A DNA stretch of 64,000 nucleotides from Macrostomum lignano. Taxonomy: Eukaryota. The stretch is taken from NCBI GenBank assembly GCA_002269645.1, contig NIVC01000309.1, positions 248,001 through 312,000 of the forward strand. Direction: 5' to 3'. The notes beneath the pieces were generated by a model. That model made no database searches. It was not told the DNA's origin and was given only the letters and a program-made list of their open reading frames with translations. Made by a program: the position numbers and the translations under genes. Positions within the stretch are counted from its first letter, which is position 1; each line of letters starts with the position of its first letter. Below are positions 46,793 to 61,900 of this stretch, in pieces.

Positions 46793-48314
46793 GTTCTTTT
46801 TCAGAATGGCTCTCATCAGGTAAGGTAATTAAACAAGTCGAACATCTATCTGATCCTGTTTAACTTCCACTCAGTCGGAGCTCATTTATTTTGTTCATCA
46901 GCGGGACTTGCTGGGAAAAACGACCTTAACCCGAAGCAAAACAACTCCTTAGAAACAGACACAGGTTGCCTCAGTTTTACGCTCAAAATACGCTTCAAAG
47001 CTTAGATAACATATGGACTAAGCACTTCTTGCTTAACCAGAGCAAAATATCAGTTAAATATTGCTCAACCAACTGCTGCTATTGACCGACTCAAATAAAA
47101 TTGATGAAAAAATAAACAGGATATGGAAATTATCCGGTTAAAACATTATTAGAGTCACTCGAGGCGCCTTCAAAGTGACCAGAAATAGTTGCAGTGCAGT
47201 GCAGTGCTTCATCGGTTTATAATTGTCGACAGATAAAATGATAGATATTTTATGAAGCTAGCAGATATTGTTAAGAACGCATGTCTGATGACGAAACAGA
47301 CAGGTGAGCATGACGGGGCGGATTAAATAATAAATGAAAGCATGTGAATCTGTTCAGTTGGCCTGTCAGGCATGAGGCAGAGCAACTGTGTAGTTTAGCT
47401 AAAAACACACGCTAATGCATAAAAATTAATAGTTAATAATTATTACTAGAAAAACATCTGTTGTGACTATTTGAAAGCATTCGATAATATAGATGGAAGG
47501 AAAAATGGTCAACTCATGAACCATATATTGTTACTAAGCAGAAAAGCATGGTTTCCTTGTTCATTGCGAGCCAGTATTAGCCTTTTGAATTCTTTTAATA
47601 ATTATTTATTCCAATATTTCATCGAAATTAATTATTTTGCCGATAAAATTCATAACTGTCGAGTTGGTTCGGCTAAAAGTGGCTACAAAATTGGCTTGAT
47701 CAGTTTGAAAGCCCAGAGCGCGCCACGTTAATGCAGAGACAGGTGAGTAGCAATGAGCGGTATAAAAATATACGAGCGTACGATGCAAAAATAGGAGTAT
47801 GAAGAAACCTTGTTACTATAGGGAAAGATGCGGGTGCGACGTCAGAGTGAGCTCCGATAAGAGGCGACCGAATGCAGAATGCTCGTAGAAAGGCAAATCG
47901 GGAAGTCTTTCGCTTCAATTGGTGGGGGCTGTTTCTCTAAAATATAATAGTAAACCGGTACGCGCGATTGCCAATCAGTTTAACAAATGTAATAGTAAAC
48001 ATGGCATAACAAATTGTAATAGCGAAAGAGACGCGGGCAATCGATAAGTTGAGAGTTAAGTGCGAGAAGAAACTCAATCGAATAAATGACAATGACGAAC
48101 CGACGGAAAGCGCGGACGAGTGGTGTTGCCGATTGCTAAGCAGTTGCGAGCATTGATAATATTCGAGCCCATTTTCTGTCCAACTTTTGCATTCCCTACA
48201 GCATATCATTAATTGTCAGTTTACAGGAGTTACACTTCGATTCGTGTTAAGCCCTCAGTCCCGTGCTGTCCGATCACTCCGTTTCCCGTTTAAGACCCTT
48301 CGGCGTCTGTCGCT

Positions 48315-50318
48315 TCAAGCGCAGGTGCAAGTCTCAGCGGACAAGTCCTTGATAGTCTTGAGCTGCACGTTGCTACCGCCACCGGGTTTGCGAACCACTG
48401 TCAGTACCTGGAAGTCGCGATAGGTGTTGGCCACGCAGCAGAGGCTGATCTCCTCTCGGGTTGCGTGGCTCAGCTGGCTTGTCTGACTGTGACTGAAGAT
48501 CTGCAGCAGGGAGCTGTGGGCGTTGTTCACTTCGGACTGGCCGTGGCCTGTCAAAGGGGGGAATTGGTTTAGCAAAAATGCAGCCAAATAATCACTCAAT
48601 GGTTGCCCAGCAAAATTGGCATGAAATCGATTCAAGCAGGAGGTTACTCACATTCTCCAGTGCAGTAGTTGATTTGAAGCTGACGCGGCGCCAGCACAGC
48701 ACTCTGGTGGATTAGGTCGTACGTGAAGTCCATCATACAGCAGGACACCTGACCATGTCGCATGCGCATCTTCTCAAGGATGCACTTTTGCGTCTTAGTG
48801 ATGTCCTTGCTGGACGTTACGTTGTTGAACAAGGAGGCGGCGGCTACTTCAAATGGCCAGGGCTCTCTGCTTGCTTCGCGCTTCTGCCTGTCATTTTGCT
48901 GGTCCTCTGGTCCAGTTGTCTCTCTAATGCGGACTTTGCAATCCATCACCAGGTAGGCCACGTTCAAGTCACTTTCAGTCTTGCATTGAGGACATTGGAT
49001 CAAGAAAAACAGTTCGATCTGGTCACCACTCTGTGGCGAAAAAAATTTTGTGATTATTGGCTTAACACCTGTGCTGAAGTCCACTGAGATCTCGTCCATG
49101 GCTGCTGCTGACAGAATCACATTCTTGGTAGCCCTGGGACTCAACAAAGTATCGGACGCATTGCTGAGCATGTAGACTGAAATTCGCATGGCTTTCACTA
49201 GGGAACGCGACTTCGGCGTCAGATGGACGCTCATGCTCAGCTTAGTAATGCGCTGCTCGCTGATGGACCGGTCAAGTATGAAGCTCCAACCATGGTGCTC
49301 CCTGCCTGCCAGATCTTGAACCATCTCTGTGGGATTTTAGCGAAATCTCATCAGCTAGGGAGAATAATGCGAGAAAGATAATTGCCCTTGAAAGATAGTT
49401 TCTCAGTTGATAATTGCCCTTCTAGCTCCTCCCTACATGTACCTGCTGGGGGGGAAGCTAGCTCGTAAATGAAAAGCATGAAACAGATTAAGATCTTTGA
49501 TAGTAGTTAAGAGACAAAGCCTCTTGTTTAAGTGGTTCCGTATTCGGGGTCCACTCAGTTGTCCCACCTGTCGAGACGGGAATGTCCTAATTAGTTCCAA
49601 TTACGTCGATTCGAATTTCTTCGAGCACTAGACACTAATGACCACTTCTGCAAGGAGTGCCCATATGTCTCTTTTATTCCTAAACTGTCGTTTTGACAAA
49701 GTCAACCGCCCGTCCTGGCCACACTGTATAACCTTAACAGTTAGTTTCTTTCATGGCCCAAAGGCAACTTTAATAAGGTAGCAACTAAAACTTACTTGGC
49801 GTTCCGATAAAGATGGACTCCTCAAACTTGCGCGTCATTGGCCTCGCGTTCCACTTGTACACGCGCGATAAAATGGCATCCGGTATGCGCGTGAGAAGGT
49901 CCTCTTTCTCTCTGACATTTAGCAGTACGTCACCCTTGCTGATACCCAGGTTCTCGTACAGCAGATTAGTGACCCTTTCCGACATCGATTGCTGCTTTAA
50001 ATAGACGCCCATATAAGCATCGCGCAGAAACTTCCGCCACGTACTGACGGTCATGTTGGAGAGTCCTTCGTACTTCAGGTTAATCCGACGTAGCTCTTCC
50101 CTGATTATGTCGCTAATCACTCGGCCATCCTTGGTTGTCCCCGCATTCGAGTAAAATTCCTTGTGCAGAAATGACACGGCGTCCTCCTCCGTGCTGCTGC
50201 TTACTAGGGGCTCCGAAGTGGTGAATGTTGTTGGCGCTGGCGCAGAGTCAGCGCAGAGCAGGCAGCCGCACAGGCAGATTGCAGCGGCCAAGCACAGGCA
50301 ACAGGAACTCAGAGACAT
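48315..50318 (-). CDS. Divergent TGF-beta superfamily ligand precursor (~476 aa, 3 exons), 9-Cys activin/TGF-beta-type pattern
   Basis: Exons (minus) 50318-49796, 49326-48652, 48547-48315; GT-AG, phase 1/1, total 1431 nt. Hydrophobic signal peptide, furin site RQKR, mature domain C..CC..YCTGEC..NNAHSSLLQ..LCCVA..LSAETCTCA*. Confidence 0.88.
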
Positions 50319-52205
50319 GACTTTTTGCTGTCGAATTGGGGTTTGTTTCCAATTTGGTTAAAGCAACGTTCCTAACAGCTCATTTAAAATGACAGAAACA
50401 AGGCTTAGAAAGAGTTAACTTACCGTTCGTATTAGTCAGACAAACAAAACGAACCGCCGCACCAGTGGAACAAGCGTGAGAGCAGTGGGTCCTCGCCGCG
50501 GCCGCCAACTGGTCGAGTTTTTATAGACGATCGGGACCCAGGAGGTGTTGGCGTTGATTGAAGAGAGGGGGCTCGGAGTGGGCAGGGAGGCAAGCAGTCG
50601 CAAATAGAGACGGACTGCGGTTGGAGGCTCGGTTCAGCCAACCCCAGTTCGATCTCCCCGAAAAAAAATCGCTGCATTCCTTAATAGCTTCAACCACGAG
50701 CTGCCCTACTCTGCATGAATGCGCGACTAATAAGTCATTCTGGATGGCTAACATTTACAGGGCAGCAGATTTTCGCATCATTCGCACCGGCCCCCAATTC
50801 CAGCTTAGAATTCTTGCGCATTCCAGGGTTCCACCTTTCACTCGGAAAAAAGAGTTTACATACTACTGCTTTGATGCTAAATCAGTAATATATACTGATT
50901 AAATTGTAGATAGCTTTGCATGAAATTCCGATCGAACCAATTTGGCTTATTTGCCTGCATTCTAAACAGCACTTTTGCGATTAGTGTTTGTTGTTTATGA
51001 CTTATTTAACAAAAATTGTGCAAATGCACTCGTACTATTGTGTATCAATCCTTTCAGTTAAAAGCCCTCGTTTTTTATTGGGTTCTTTCACTAAATAATA
51101 GTAACAATATATAATATAATAGAATAGAACACTATTTAATAGAAATCACTAAAAATCATAAATAAACTAACTGTTTTATGTTTGCATTTACATATTTTCT
51201 TCAAGTTAACATAATTTAAAAATTGAATAAAAACTTAACATCGAATCCGAATTTTCTTAACGAAAAAGTTTATGAATATCAATAGAGCTGTAAGAAAAGC
51301 ACCAACATATCAAAATATGAACATTGGGTCTGCCTCCTATCGAAAGCAAAAACAATTTTAGTATGAAAAAAATTAAAAAGTTCCTATCTCCGTAATGTAT
51401 TTTTCGGCGAAAACCAGTCTCCTTAACTTTTCTCTAAGAAACCCAGTTTCCGTCCTTCTAGTTGAGTAGTTCTTGCTTTTTTATTGAAGCTACGCTCGTA
51501 TTTTAGTTTCAATTGTTGTCAGATTTAATAGCCATTCTACTCGCCTATAGAATTATTAACCTTGCATTTCCTACTAATAGTAGTATAAGAATGCGTACCA
51601 AATAAATTCGAAATTACTATGTACTCGTAAAATAACTCAAAGGAAGGATTTACTGTACAACAAAACAGTAAATTTCTTATTTAATTGGGAAACGCACGAT
51701 GGCCTTACCGCTCCAATTAATGAAGATTTTAGGATTAAGCAACCTATAATCTTGAAGCTGATCTGAAACAGCCTCTCACATAGACATAGGCACATAGACT
51801 TGGTGTATTAGGCTCAACTCATTGGCATTAAGACTGATGCACAGTCAAGAGATGGACTGTGGTAAAATTTTCGGATTTTTTTGCTAAACTTGCAGCTACA
51901 GCTCGTGAGTGTCACGAGGCATAAATAAATTGACAATCGGAAAGAATTCAATGCGGTGCGATTCCCACATAAGTACTCCATATTCTACATATACATGAAT
52001 TTACGAATCCTAGGGGAAATTCCTGGGGGGAATCCTAGAACTCTAGGAGCAATCCAAGCTATCCAAGAAGCAACTAAACGGGGCATTCTAGGGACATGCA
52101 AGCCAGCTTCGAAATTTCACCTGGCCGTACGTGCGACTTACTTTTTGACCAAAAATGCGACTTACCTATGAAAGAAAGCAAAAATTAGCTCGTAACGTAA
52201 TTTTA

Positions 52206-52850
<645 letters not shown>

Positions 52851-54236
52851 TGTTGGGCATATGTTCTAGGGAGAGGGAAGTCTATAGAGGGAAATTCTAG
52901 AGGAATCACGAAGGCATCGGTGAGTCAATTCTAGGCAACCGGCTGGGGCAAGATGCGGTGAAGAAAGTTACTGGGTGGAATAGGGAGCCATGGCAATGGG
53001 CACTTAAAACGGAATTCGTGAATCGTGGGCCTCTAGATTCGGGTGGAGGCCGTTATTATCTCAGTAAAAGTTTTTAATGGGTTTGGGCAAATAATAGACT
53101 ATACTTACGAGCTATATGTATACGCAATAAATATCAAATTAATTATCAGCACTATACAGTCTATACTCGTATTTTCGCTATCAACTTTATCGCCTTAATT
53201 TTGACCGTGGGCTTCGGTTTTTTAAACTAAAGTAAATAAACGAAGCGACGGCAAAAGTGCTGCCGTTGAATATAATTATCTATCTAATTACTAGATAGAA
53301 TCAATTTAATAACTAAACAGGTAAATAATTTAATTCAACAAATGATTTAATGGAATGCAAGTCTAATTAGATTTATCAAACATTGATAACTTAATTTATC
53401 GATTCTACGTTTTGACGCGAATAAAGTCACAAGTGTGTATTTTATGTGACGAGCATTTGATCTTCTAAGTCAAAAAAGATCTGAAATCTGATTCGATAGC
53501 CTCTAAGTCTAAAGATGCAGTCAACGACAGTTCCAGACCAATGTTGTGATTATTGATTAGTGCAATTATTAATCGGTCGAGTCAGTGCGTGATTTTATAA
53601 AAAAACCATGACTTCCATTAAATGCTCGTAAACGAAACTCAACTGCACTACTACTAATAGTGCCCGTGTCGGTCTGTCATTTAGCATTTTTACTTGCGAT
53701 AGGCTACTTTATTGTAGCATTGTCAATCGCCAAGCCATTGGCATTGGCATTGCAGCCGCAGATAAACTGCAGCACGCAGAAGTAGCATTTATTTCAACAA
53801 TTGTCCGATATAAAAAATTACAGATTACAGAAAGAAAAAAACGAGACATTATCACTTCGGTCAGTGGCGTAGCCAGACCAGAGTTTTAATCTAGTTCTAG
53901 GGGCTGTCACTGTCACAATCAAAGTTTTCAACGTAGCGACACTGACAGGGCAGACAGACACCAAATTATCGGGCCAACGCCGCTTTGAGGTCGAGCGTCG
54001 GTATGTAAATTCAGATAAACAACCAGTGAATTCACAAAAAAAGCGCAAGTTAAGTAACTAGCAGGCGACATCTTGTTTGGTCTATTATGGGTGGGTACAG
54101 ACAGATACTTTGTTGAGCACAGAGGCCACACTGGCATTCACCGCGTGCCTTATTTATCTGCTGTGCAAGTCAGGAATTCGAAGAGTAACCGTGCTAGAAA
54201 GCTAGCAGTGTTCAAGTCCCAAGAGCTAAGCTTGAA

Positions 54237-55811
54237 AGACTGTATAGTAAAGCATAGCATAAGCTTGACGTTTCCTCTTCGACTTCCAGACTAGAAGCGT
54301 ATAACAGAATAAGGCCAGCAGTAGATACCAAAGCAGCATCTAACAGCGCGACAAGAGACAAGCCAGGCCAGGGAGAGGACAATTGGAACTTAAGAAGAGC
54401 CATGAAGGCATGATTCAGTTTCAAAACTTACCCGATTTTGAATCTCGGGTCTTGGAAGAGCTTCAGTCAAATAAATGAGGACGCGAAGGACATAAGATAA
54501 GAAGGGCAGTCCCACAACGAAAAAGTTGGAGGCCCTCGTCTGCTAAGGTTCCTCTCTTTATTTAGCTTTGAAAATGGGGAGGGAGGGTGGGGAGGTCCAC
54601 CCTGGCGTGAGAGTTAAAGGAGGATAGGAGGGAGGGGTGAATATAGAAAAACGCGGCCGGGCCTGGGTCTGGGGGATGGAGTATGGGGCATGGGTCGTTG
54701 TCTTGAACAAAATTATCGATCGAGAAGGATAGCGTGGGGGGTTGGGGAGCCGTGCGCACATTGAGACTTAGCCCACCCTCCCGGGGGGGGGGAGAAAGGC
54801 CCATCGTAGAAAGACCTCATAGCATTTGGGGGCCCCGTTTAAGGTGGGGAGGTTTTGCATGTGGTTGGTTGAAAGGTTTGGGGCTTGGGGCCATCCTATC
54901 TTTGTGTGGTTGTTGGACCGTGGGCCGTGGCTGGCCCTTTTCTTTCTCAGAACCTGTGTTAGTGTGTGCAAGTGCAGTAAATGCATTGCTATAGATTTAG
55001 ATAGGCCTAACTATCAAGCAGTCTCATCTCATCCATGCATTGCATTTAAGGATAGCTATTTACTTTCTAGTGTGCTCTGCCTCTAAGCTCTAACTCTAAC
55101 CAATCCAGCCTCGAGCTCTCCCTCCTATGCTCCTCTTCCCCGACTCCTCAGTCCTCAGTCCTCACGACTCCTCAGTGTCCTCACTCTCACATTTTTCTCA
55201 CGAAAGACGAAGGGAAAAGAACGGAACGGAAAGAAGCTCTTCCTCTGCACTGCACCGCACGGTCCTCGGACATCGACTCCTCAATCCTATTCCTAATACT
55301 ATTCCCTTCGTGCTGTGCAGTGACAGTGATGTCGCCTGGTTCGATTCTATCTATCTCGTTTATTTCGTCTGCTTTGCTTTATTTCTTAATTATTTGCTTC
55401 TATGCCGGCTATGCGGTATTGCATGCAGATGCAAAATGCAATGCATGCTGGGTCTGGGTGATATTGATAGGTGGGCTTGGGCTGGGACGTTGGGACTTGG
55501 GAGCTGGGCGTCGGGACTGGGGAGGAATCCTTTTTCCCCATTTCATTCTTGCTTTTACTGTCTCATCTCATCCCCATTCATCAATAAGACAATAACACAT
55601 CATTAGACATCAACAGCCTCCGGCTCCGGTCCGTTTCCTGATCTCTCTTCGTGTCTGATTCTATTTCTATGGGTCTTTCTATTGTCTCTTGTCGCGCTGT
55701 TAGATGCTGCTTTGGTATCCACTGCTGGCCTTATTCTGTTATTCGCTTCTAGTCTGGAAGTCGAAGAGGAAACGTCAAGGGAAGCTTATGCTATGCTTTA
55801 CTATACAGTCT
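54237..55811. mobile_element. Non-autonomous DNA element with ~125-bp terminal inverted repeats (~1.57 kb)
   Basis: 54237-54361 (agactgtatagtaaagcatagc..cgcgacaagagacaa) is the near-perfect reverse complement of 55682-55811 apart from a few substitutions and a small indel. No transposase ORF recognised and no clear TSD. Confidence 0.85.
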
Positions 55812-58134
55812 AATATCCAACGGCATAGGTAAAACTGGAAGCACGAGAGTTCCCCGCTGATATTTGCCGGTTTGCTCGCAGCGAAGTTTTCCTGCCGAGA
55901 TTCTCCCGCCCAGTTTTTTCCCGCCGAGGTTTTAGTTTCAGTGCCGTTCTAGAGGAGCCCGTAAAATCTACTGCTTTTATTTTTTTCTGCCTCCTGCCGC
56001 AAAATCATAAAGTAAGAATGCGTTGTACATTTATTAACATACATATTAATGTTAACTTATGTGCGTAAGTGGTAGAGTCGTCGGCGACTGGTTGACGAAT
56101 GGCGACTGAATGCTCGAGATGATATTTAGAAGCTAAGGCTTGCCTATTGTCAAGGCTTAAATTTAATCAGAGAAACTTAAGAAATTCGCAATAAGGGTGT
56201 TCACTGTTCATGACTCCGTAGTCAACCCAATGCCATCTGTTGTAGATCCACAATCCACATGCTCGGCTTGGGTGAAGACCAGTGACCAACGAACTCAGAG
56301 CTGTGATGCAGACACATTTGGTCGACGTACTGATGAAAGCATGCAGGCTTAGCAATTAAGGCCACACCGAGGCGCAGTTCTGATTGACGCACATGGTTGT
56401 ATTGAATACACTAGCGCTTATGGGGAAAATCTGACCTTATAGTAGAATCGTTGAATATCTCGACGCTCCGGAGGGCTGGTGACTTGATTCTTGTTTGAGA
56501 AAGTGCGCAACAAAAAATTAGTCCGTATTCTTGATTTCGTGGCCGGGTGTTTAGTGTGTCTGTCTCTGATCACCTGAGACACACGATTACGTCAGATGAG
56601 ATAAAAAACCTAGAGTCCTAGAAAATTGCATTTTCTCTCTACTCTTCTCTTTCTTATCTCCTTTCCCCAGTTTGCGTTTCTCCGTTCAGGCGTAGCTAAA
56701 AATGGCAGTGGGAGGATACGGGGTGGTAAATAGCTTGGTGGCTTTTCTCTTCTTTCAGTTGACAATGACAAAATTGAAATTCATGCGATGAGTCACATGA
56801 CACGGGTTATTCATAATTGTTAATATTATTGACCATTAGATAATTTCGTGCTTTTTGGTCATGGACACTTAAAGACTACTACTCATGCACTGACGTATAT
56901 TACTTTGACTTGCTCTCTTACATGTATGAGTGGAAACCCAAAGCTCTCATAAGTATAAGTACCTGTTCCAAAAAGTTATCTAGCTAATATTAAAAATATG
57001 AAATTAGTATGATGCAAATTCCTGCTCATCGTACGGTAATGATCAATAAATATTCGTCTACATCGACATTTGTAATTGTAGCTGCTGTTGAAGCCGTCTT
57101 TTTGTCTTCTTTAAATTATTATTAATTTAAAAAATCGTCTATCCCTAATGAGCATCTTTTCTCTTTCGCTGAAGCTTCCGGCTTCCTTAAGGCAGAGTAT
57201 CAGAAGCAGCTAGAAGTCGCCATAAAAGTTTTTTTACTTTGCCTTGCATACACTCGTAAAAAGACTGCAACGAAGCTCAATCAAAGCACACCACCTCAAT
57301 ATTTCCGTGCTCGGCATAGCAAACACGATAATTGAAGCTGTGCAAACGAGCTGAAAGATAATCAGGCGCTAGGAGATGCTTGTGCAGGATGCAAGCTGAG
57401 GCCGTAATTAAAAGCTCCCAGCTTCCTGTAGTAAATAGGCCAGCAGCCTACGACGGCTCCCGTGTGTGACCTAGCATGCATGATTTGTTACTGCATGCAA
57501 TTCCAGACTCTCCTACAAAAGCTGCAGCTTTAGAAGTGAATTTTTTAATGCATTAATGGAAATGCTATTCTAGTCAGAGTCGAGTCGGATTCCCTTTTAG
57601 CAGGAATGTTTGATGAGGCTTCACGGATTTTTTCACTCTCCGTTGCGCCCGCTAGTTTGCTTAACACCGCGCTTTGCTTAATGACAATTGTCACAACTAT
57701 GAAAATCACTGAAAGAGCATTCATTTAGAGCAGGAGTCGGCAATTTTTACCTCAAGGGCAAGGTAAGGAATCTAGCGCATGGCTGCGGACCAGATGAAAG
57801 GAGAGGGTATAGAGGAGAGAGAAGGGGAAGAGATGAGAGAAGAGAGGAGAGACAAGAGACGAGAGGAGATGAAAGGAGAGATAGGAGATGAGAGGAATAA
57901 ATGAGATTAGAGAGATGTATGGAGAGAAGAGACAAAAGAAAAGAGCTGAAGAGATAAACCTTAAGCGGCCGGATTGCTATTGTGAAGTTTTAAAGGTTTT
58001 TCAATAGACAGGCTTCGTAGACCAGAAATTCCGACCCGTAATCTAGGGAATATGGAGCACTGACTTGGCGACTCTATTCTACGATCGTATTAATCTGATT
58101 TGATCTACTGATTAAAACCAAACTACGTAGATGG

Positions 58135-58425
58135 ATTGATTGATTAATTGCTTAATTGATTGTTTAATTAATTAATTGATTAATTAATTAATTGATTAAT
58201 TGATTAATTGATTGACTGACTGATTGATTGATTGACTGATTGATTGATTGACTGACTGATTGATTGATTGATTGATTGATTGACTGACTGATTGATTGAC
58301 TGACTGATTGATTGACTGACTGATTGATTGATTGATTGATTGATTAATTAATTGACTGACTGATTGATTAATTGATTGATTGATTGACTGACTGACTGAC
58401 TGACTGACTGACTGATTGATTGATG

Positions 58426-58469
<44 letters not shown>

Positions 58470-58618
58470 AATTGATTGATTGATTGACTGACTGACTGAC
58501 TGACTGATTGATTAATTGATTGATTGATTGACTGACTGATTGATTGATTGAATGATTGATTGATTAATTGATTAACTGATTGATTGAATGATAGATTGAT
58601 TGATTAACTGATTGATGG

Positions 58619-58655
<37 letters not shown>

Positions 58656-58675
58656 CTGACTGATTGATTGATTGA
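58135..58675. repeat. (TGAT/TGAC/TAAT)n tetranucleotide microsatellite
   Basis: ~540 bp of mixed tetramer units. Confidence 0.96.
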
Positions 58676-58960
58676 AATTCTCATAGTTCATAACTTGTTG
58701 AACCGATTAATTCATGCCCCTCTCCCTATGCCATCCGGCCTTATCGATTATTGATTTTTCGTTTCCTTAGTTTTTCCGTTTTCCCGTCTAAGAGCTAAAT
58801 AGAAATTGTTATCCTGATCGCCTTTTCGTATCCCTTTCAGTGCCCCGCACTCCGATCCCAGCTCGCATTTACTCATAGTTGCGAGGTGGGAAAATTTAAT
58901 TTTCCTAATCCAAATAGGAAAATATAGTCTATCGAGATCCTTGCAATGCTTGCGCCATAC

Positions 58961-61900
58961 ATACATGTACACCGCCGCAAAAGAAAGCAAAAGGAAAAGG
59001 GGGCAGCACGGGACGAAAGAGCAAAAAAAGGGGGAAAAGAAACGGAAATGTGAGAGCGTGGCGGCAGTGTCAGAGCACTCTCCTTCTGGCTTGCTCCCTG
59101 AAGGCAGCCGCAGCCTTGGTCTGGCCGATGACACCGGCGTCAGCCAGCAGGCAGTCCACGTACCGGCGCGTCCTGGCCTGCCCTCGGCGCCAGGGGCCCC
59201 GCAGCGTGAGCAGCAGGACGTCCTGCACCGGTTCAGGGCAGTAGGTTTCCGCGCGGATCACGTGGCCCGCCAGCTGCAGCCGCCGCCGCCGGATGGTCTC
59301 GCTGGGTGGTCGCAGGCCGGCTCGTCGGTAGAGGGCCGCGTTCGAGACCACCTCAGGGTAAGAGATGCCGAAGGCCGCGCGCAGCAGGCTGGAGTGGGCC
59401 GCGTCCAGCCGCTTCTCCAGCGTCTCGGTCAGCGTCCACGTCTCGGCGTTGTAAGTCAGGACGGTCTCGACCACCGCCTGAAACAGCCGAGACCTCAGGC
59501 GATCTGGCAGCGCGGCGCTCTGCAGAACAACCCGGACTGAGCGGAAGGCCGCCCAAGCCAGGCCTCTGCGTCGCGCCAGGTCCTCCTGAACGCTGGGCAC
59601 CAGACCGCCGAGGTACGTGAAGCGCGTGCAGCGGGGTAGAGGGGCCGCGTGACCGTCTGCGCCGCGGCAGGTGATATTGGCAGGCAGCTCCGCTGGCACC
59701 GTCAGGACCTCCGTCTTGTCGGTGTTAACAACCAGGCCGACCGTAGCCGCTATCGCCACCAGGTTGTCCAGCATCCGCTGGGCTCCATCCGCCGTGGAGG
59801 CCAGCAGCGCCAGGTCGTCGGCATAGCCCAGCAGCGACAGTCTCTTCTCTGGATGGCGGCTGCTCGTGCGCCTGCACAGCATGAAGCCGTCGGCGTCGGA
59901 TGGAAGTGCAGTCCGCAGCACCCAGTCGAGGACCAGCACGAACAAGAAGGGCGCTAGCGTGTCGCCCTGCAGCACTCCAGATGTTGTACTGAATGGGTCC
60001 GACAGCCCGTCGGGCGTCACCACGGCGGCTTGAGTGTCCTGGTAGAGCGCCATGACTGCGCTGACCAGGCGCTGGGGGACGTGGTAAGCCCGGAGCACCG
60101 GCACAAGGGCGCCGCGCGCCACCGAGTCGAACGCCTTTCTGAAGTCAACGAAGACACAGATCAGCGTCGCCTGGCGGGTGCGCGCCTCTTCGATTGTCCT
60201 CCTGAGGGCAAGGATCTGGGTCGCTGTGCCCCGGTGTGGCCGGAAGCCGTTCTGCTCGTGCCGCAGAAACGGGTCCAGCACCGGTTGCAGCCGCGTCAGC
60301 AGGATCTTGTTGAAGAGCTTCGCGCGCAAGACATCAGCGAGATGCCCCTATGTTCTTCTTTCCGAGTTGTGCCGGGCTTCTTTGGGATGGGGATCATGTG
60401 GGCCGTCGTCCACTCAGTTGGGGCTGCACCCCCGTCAAGTACGCGGTTCATCACACCGGCGACCGCACGGGCCACCGGCAGGACTCGCAGCGCCTCGACA
60501 GGGATCTCATCCGGGCCGGCCGCTCTTCCACCAGGGGACTTCTTCGCCTGCAACACCACCTCGTCCAGAGTAATGGGGCTGACGTCGAAATCCTCCTCCT
60601 TGGGCAGGGCCACTTCCGGCGGCAGCGGCATCTCCGCCTGCAGCACCGGCGGCGGCGCGTTCACGATGGCGCCGAAAAAGTCCCGCAGCTCGTTCCGGCG
60701 GCCTCCGCCGTGTCGCCGGGGAGGTTGAGGCTCGTGCGGCTCTTCCTCCCGGTCAGCGCGTTCACAGCGCTCCACACGGCGCGGCGCTTGCCGTCGTGCC
60801 CTGCCGTTGTCACCGTCCTGATGGTCTCTTCTACGGCGGCCTGTTGTCCTTGCTCATAGGCGGCTGCGAGGGCCGCCTCGGCTTCGTCCACCTCCGCAGT
60901 CCTGCCCGCCCGTCGCAGCTGCTCAAGCCTCAGCCTCGCACTTTGCACTTCCGGGTCCACCTCCCAGACCGGCCGACCTTTCTGCAGGGGCTTCACCAAC
61001 GGTAGGGTCCACTCCGCAGCAGATTGGACGGCCGTGCAGATCTCGGGTAGTCGGCTTCCTTCTTGCCGTCGAGGGCATCCACAAACGCGCGGGCGAAGCG
61101 AACCTGGGTCGCATCGTCACGCAGAGCCCGGAAGAAGTGCTTCGGCTTCCGCTTGGGCGGCCGGTAGAGCGGGTCCTTCAGCTTGATGTCGCAGAAGAGC
61201 AGCTTGTGGTCGGACTTCGGCGGCAATGGCATGATGGTATCGCAGTTGCTCACACGGCCACGCTCTCGAAAGTGCAGCAGCACGTGGTCCAGCTGCGCCA
61301 GCCTCGTCGTGGCATTCCGGCGGCGGTTGCGGCCGCTTGCAGCCGGCAAAGGTTGCCAGCCGCTGCTCGGGTTTCCGGAACCACGTGTTCATCGACACCA
61401 TGTCATGCCGAGCCACGAAGTCGGTCAGCGCCTCGGTGTTGGCATTCTCGCGCGGGGTCACGAAGGGGGCCCGGTCTGACCTGCGCATGACAGCGTTCAG
61501 ATCACCGAGCACGATCACCGTGTCCCGTTGTGCCACAGCCTCCACCTGCCCGGACAAGAACTCGAAAAAGACACGAGCTTCATCGGGGTGGGCAGCTGTC
61601 GGCGCGTAGGCGCAGAAAATGTGGGCGCTCCGACTCCTCAGCCGCAGATCGATCCGCAGCAGCCGAGGGGACAGGCTCTGGCAGCACACACTCTGTTGCA
61701 GCTTTGGCCCGACCAGCACTCCTACTCCTCCATGACCTCTCTCGTCCGCTGATGTGTACAGGAGGCTCCAGCCAGCTCCCATCTCTTCACGCTGGAGGCC
61801 GGGGCCGGCCACGATAGACACCTCCTGCAGAGCCACCAGGTCCATCTTCGTCTCCTGAGCCGGCTTTGCCAGCAGGCCCTGGCGCCAGTTCTCCTTGAGG

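Noticed and set aside
50558-50902. 114-aa ORF upstream of and opposite to the TGF-beta gene
   Set aside because: Non-ATG start and no recognisable domain or exon partners.
55830-56010. tttcccgcc-type subterminal repeats suggesting another TIR element end
   Set aside because: No matching opposite end identified in the window.
56167-56355. 62-aa minus-strand ORF
   Set aside because: Short, non-ATG start, no recognisable family.
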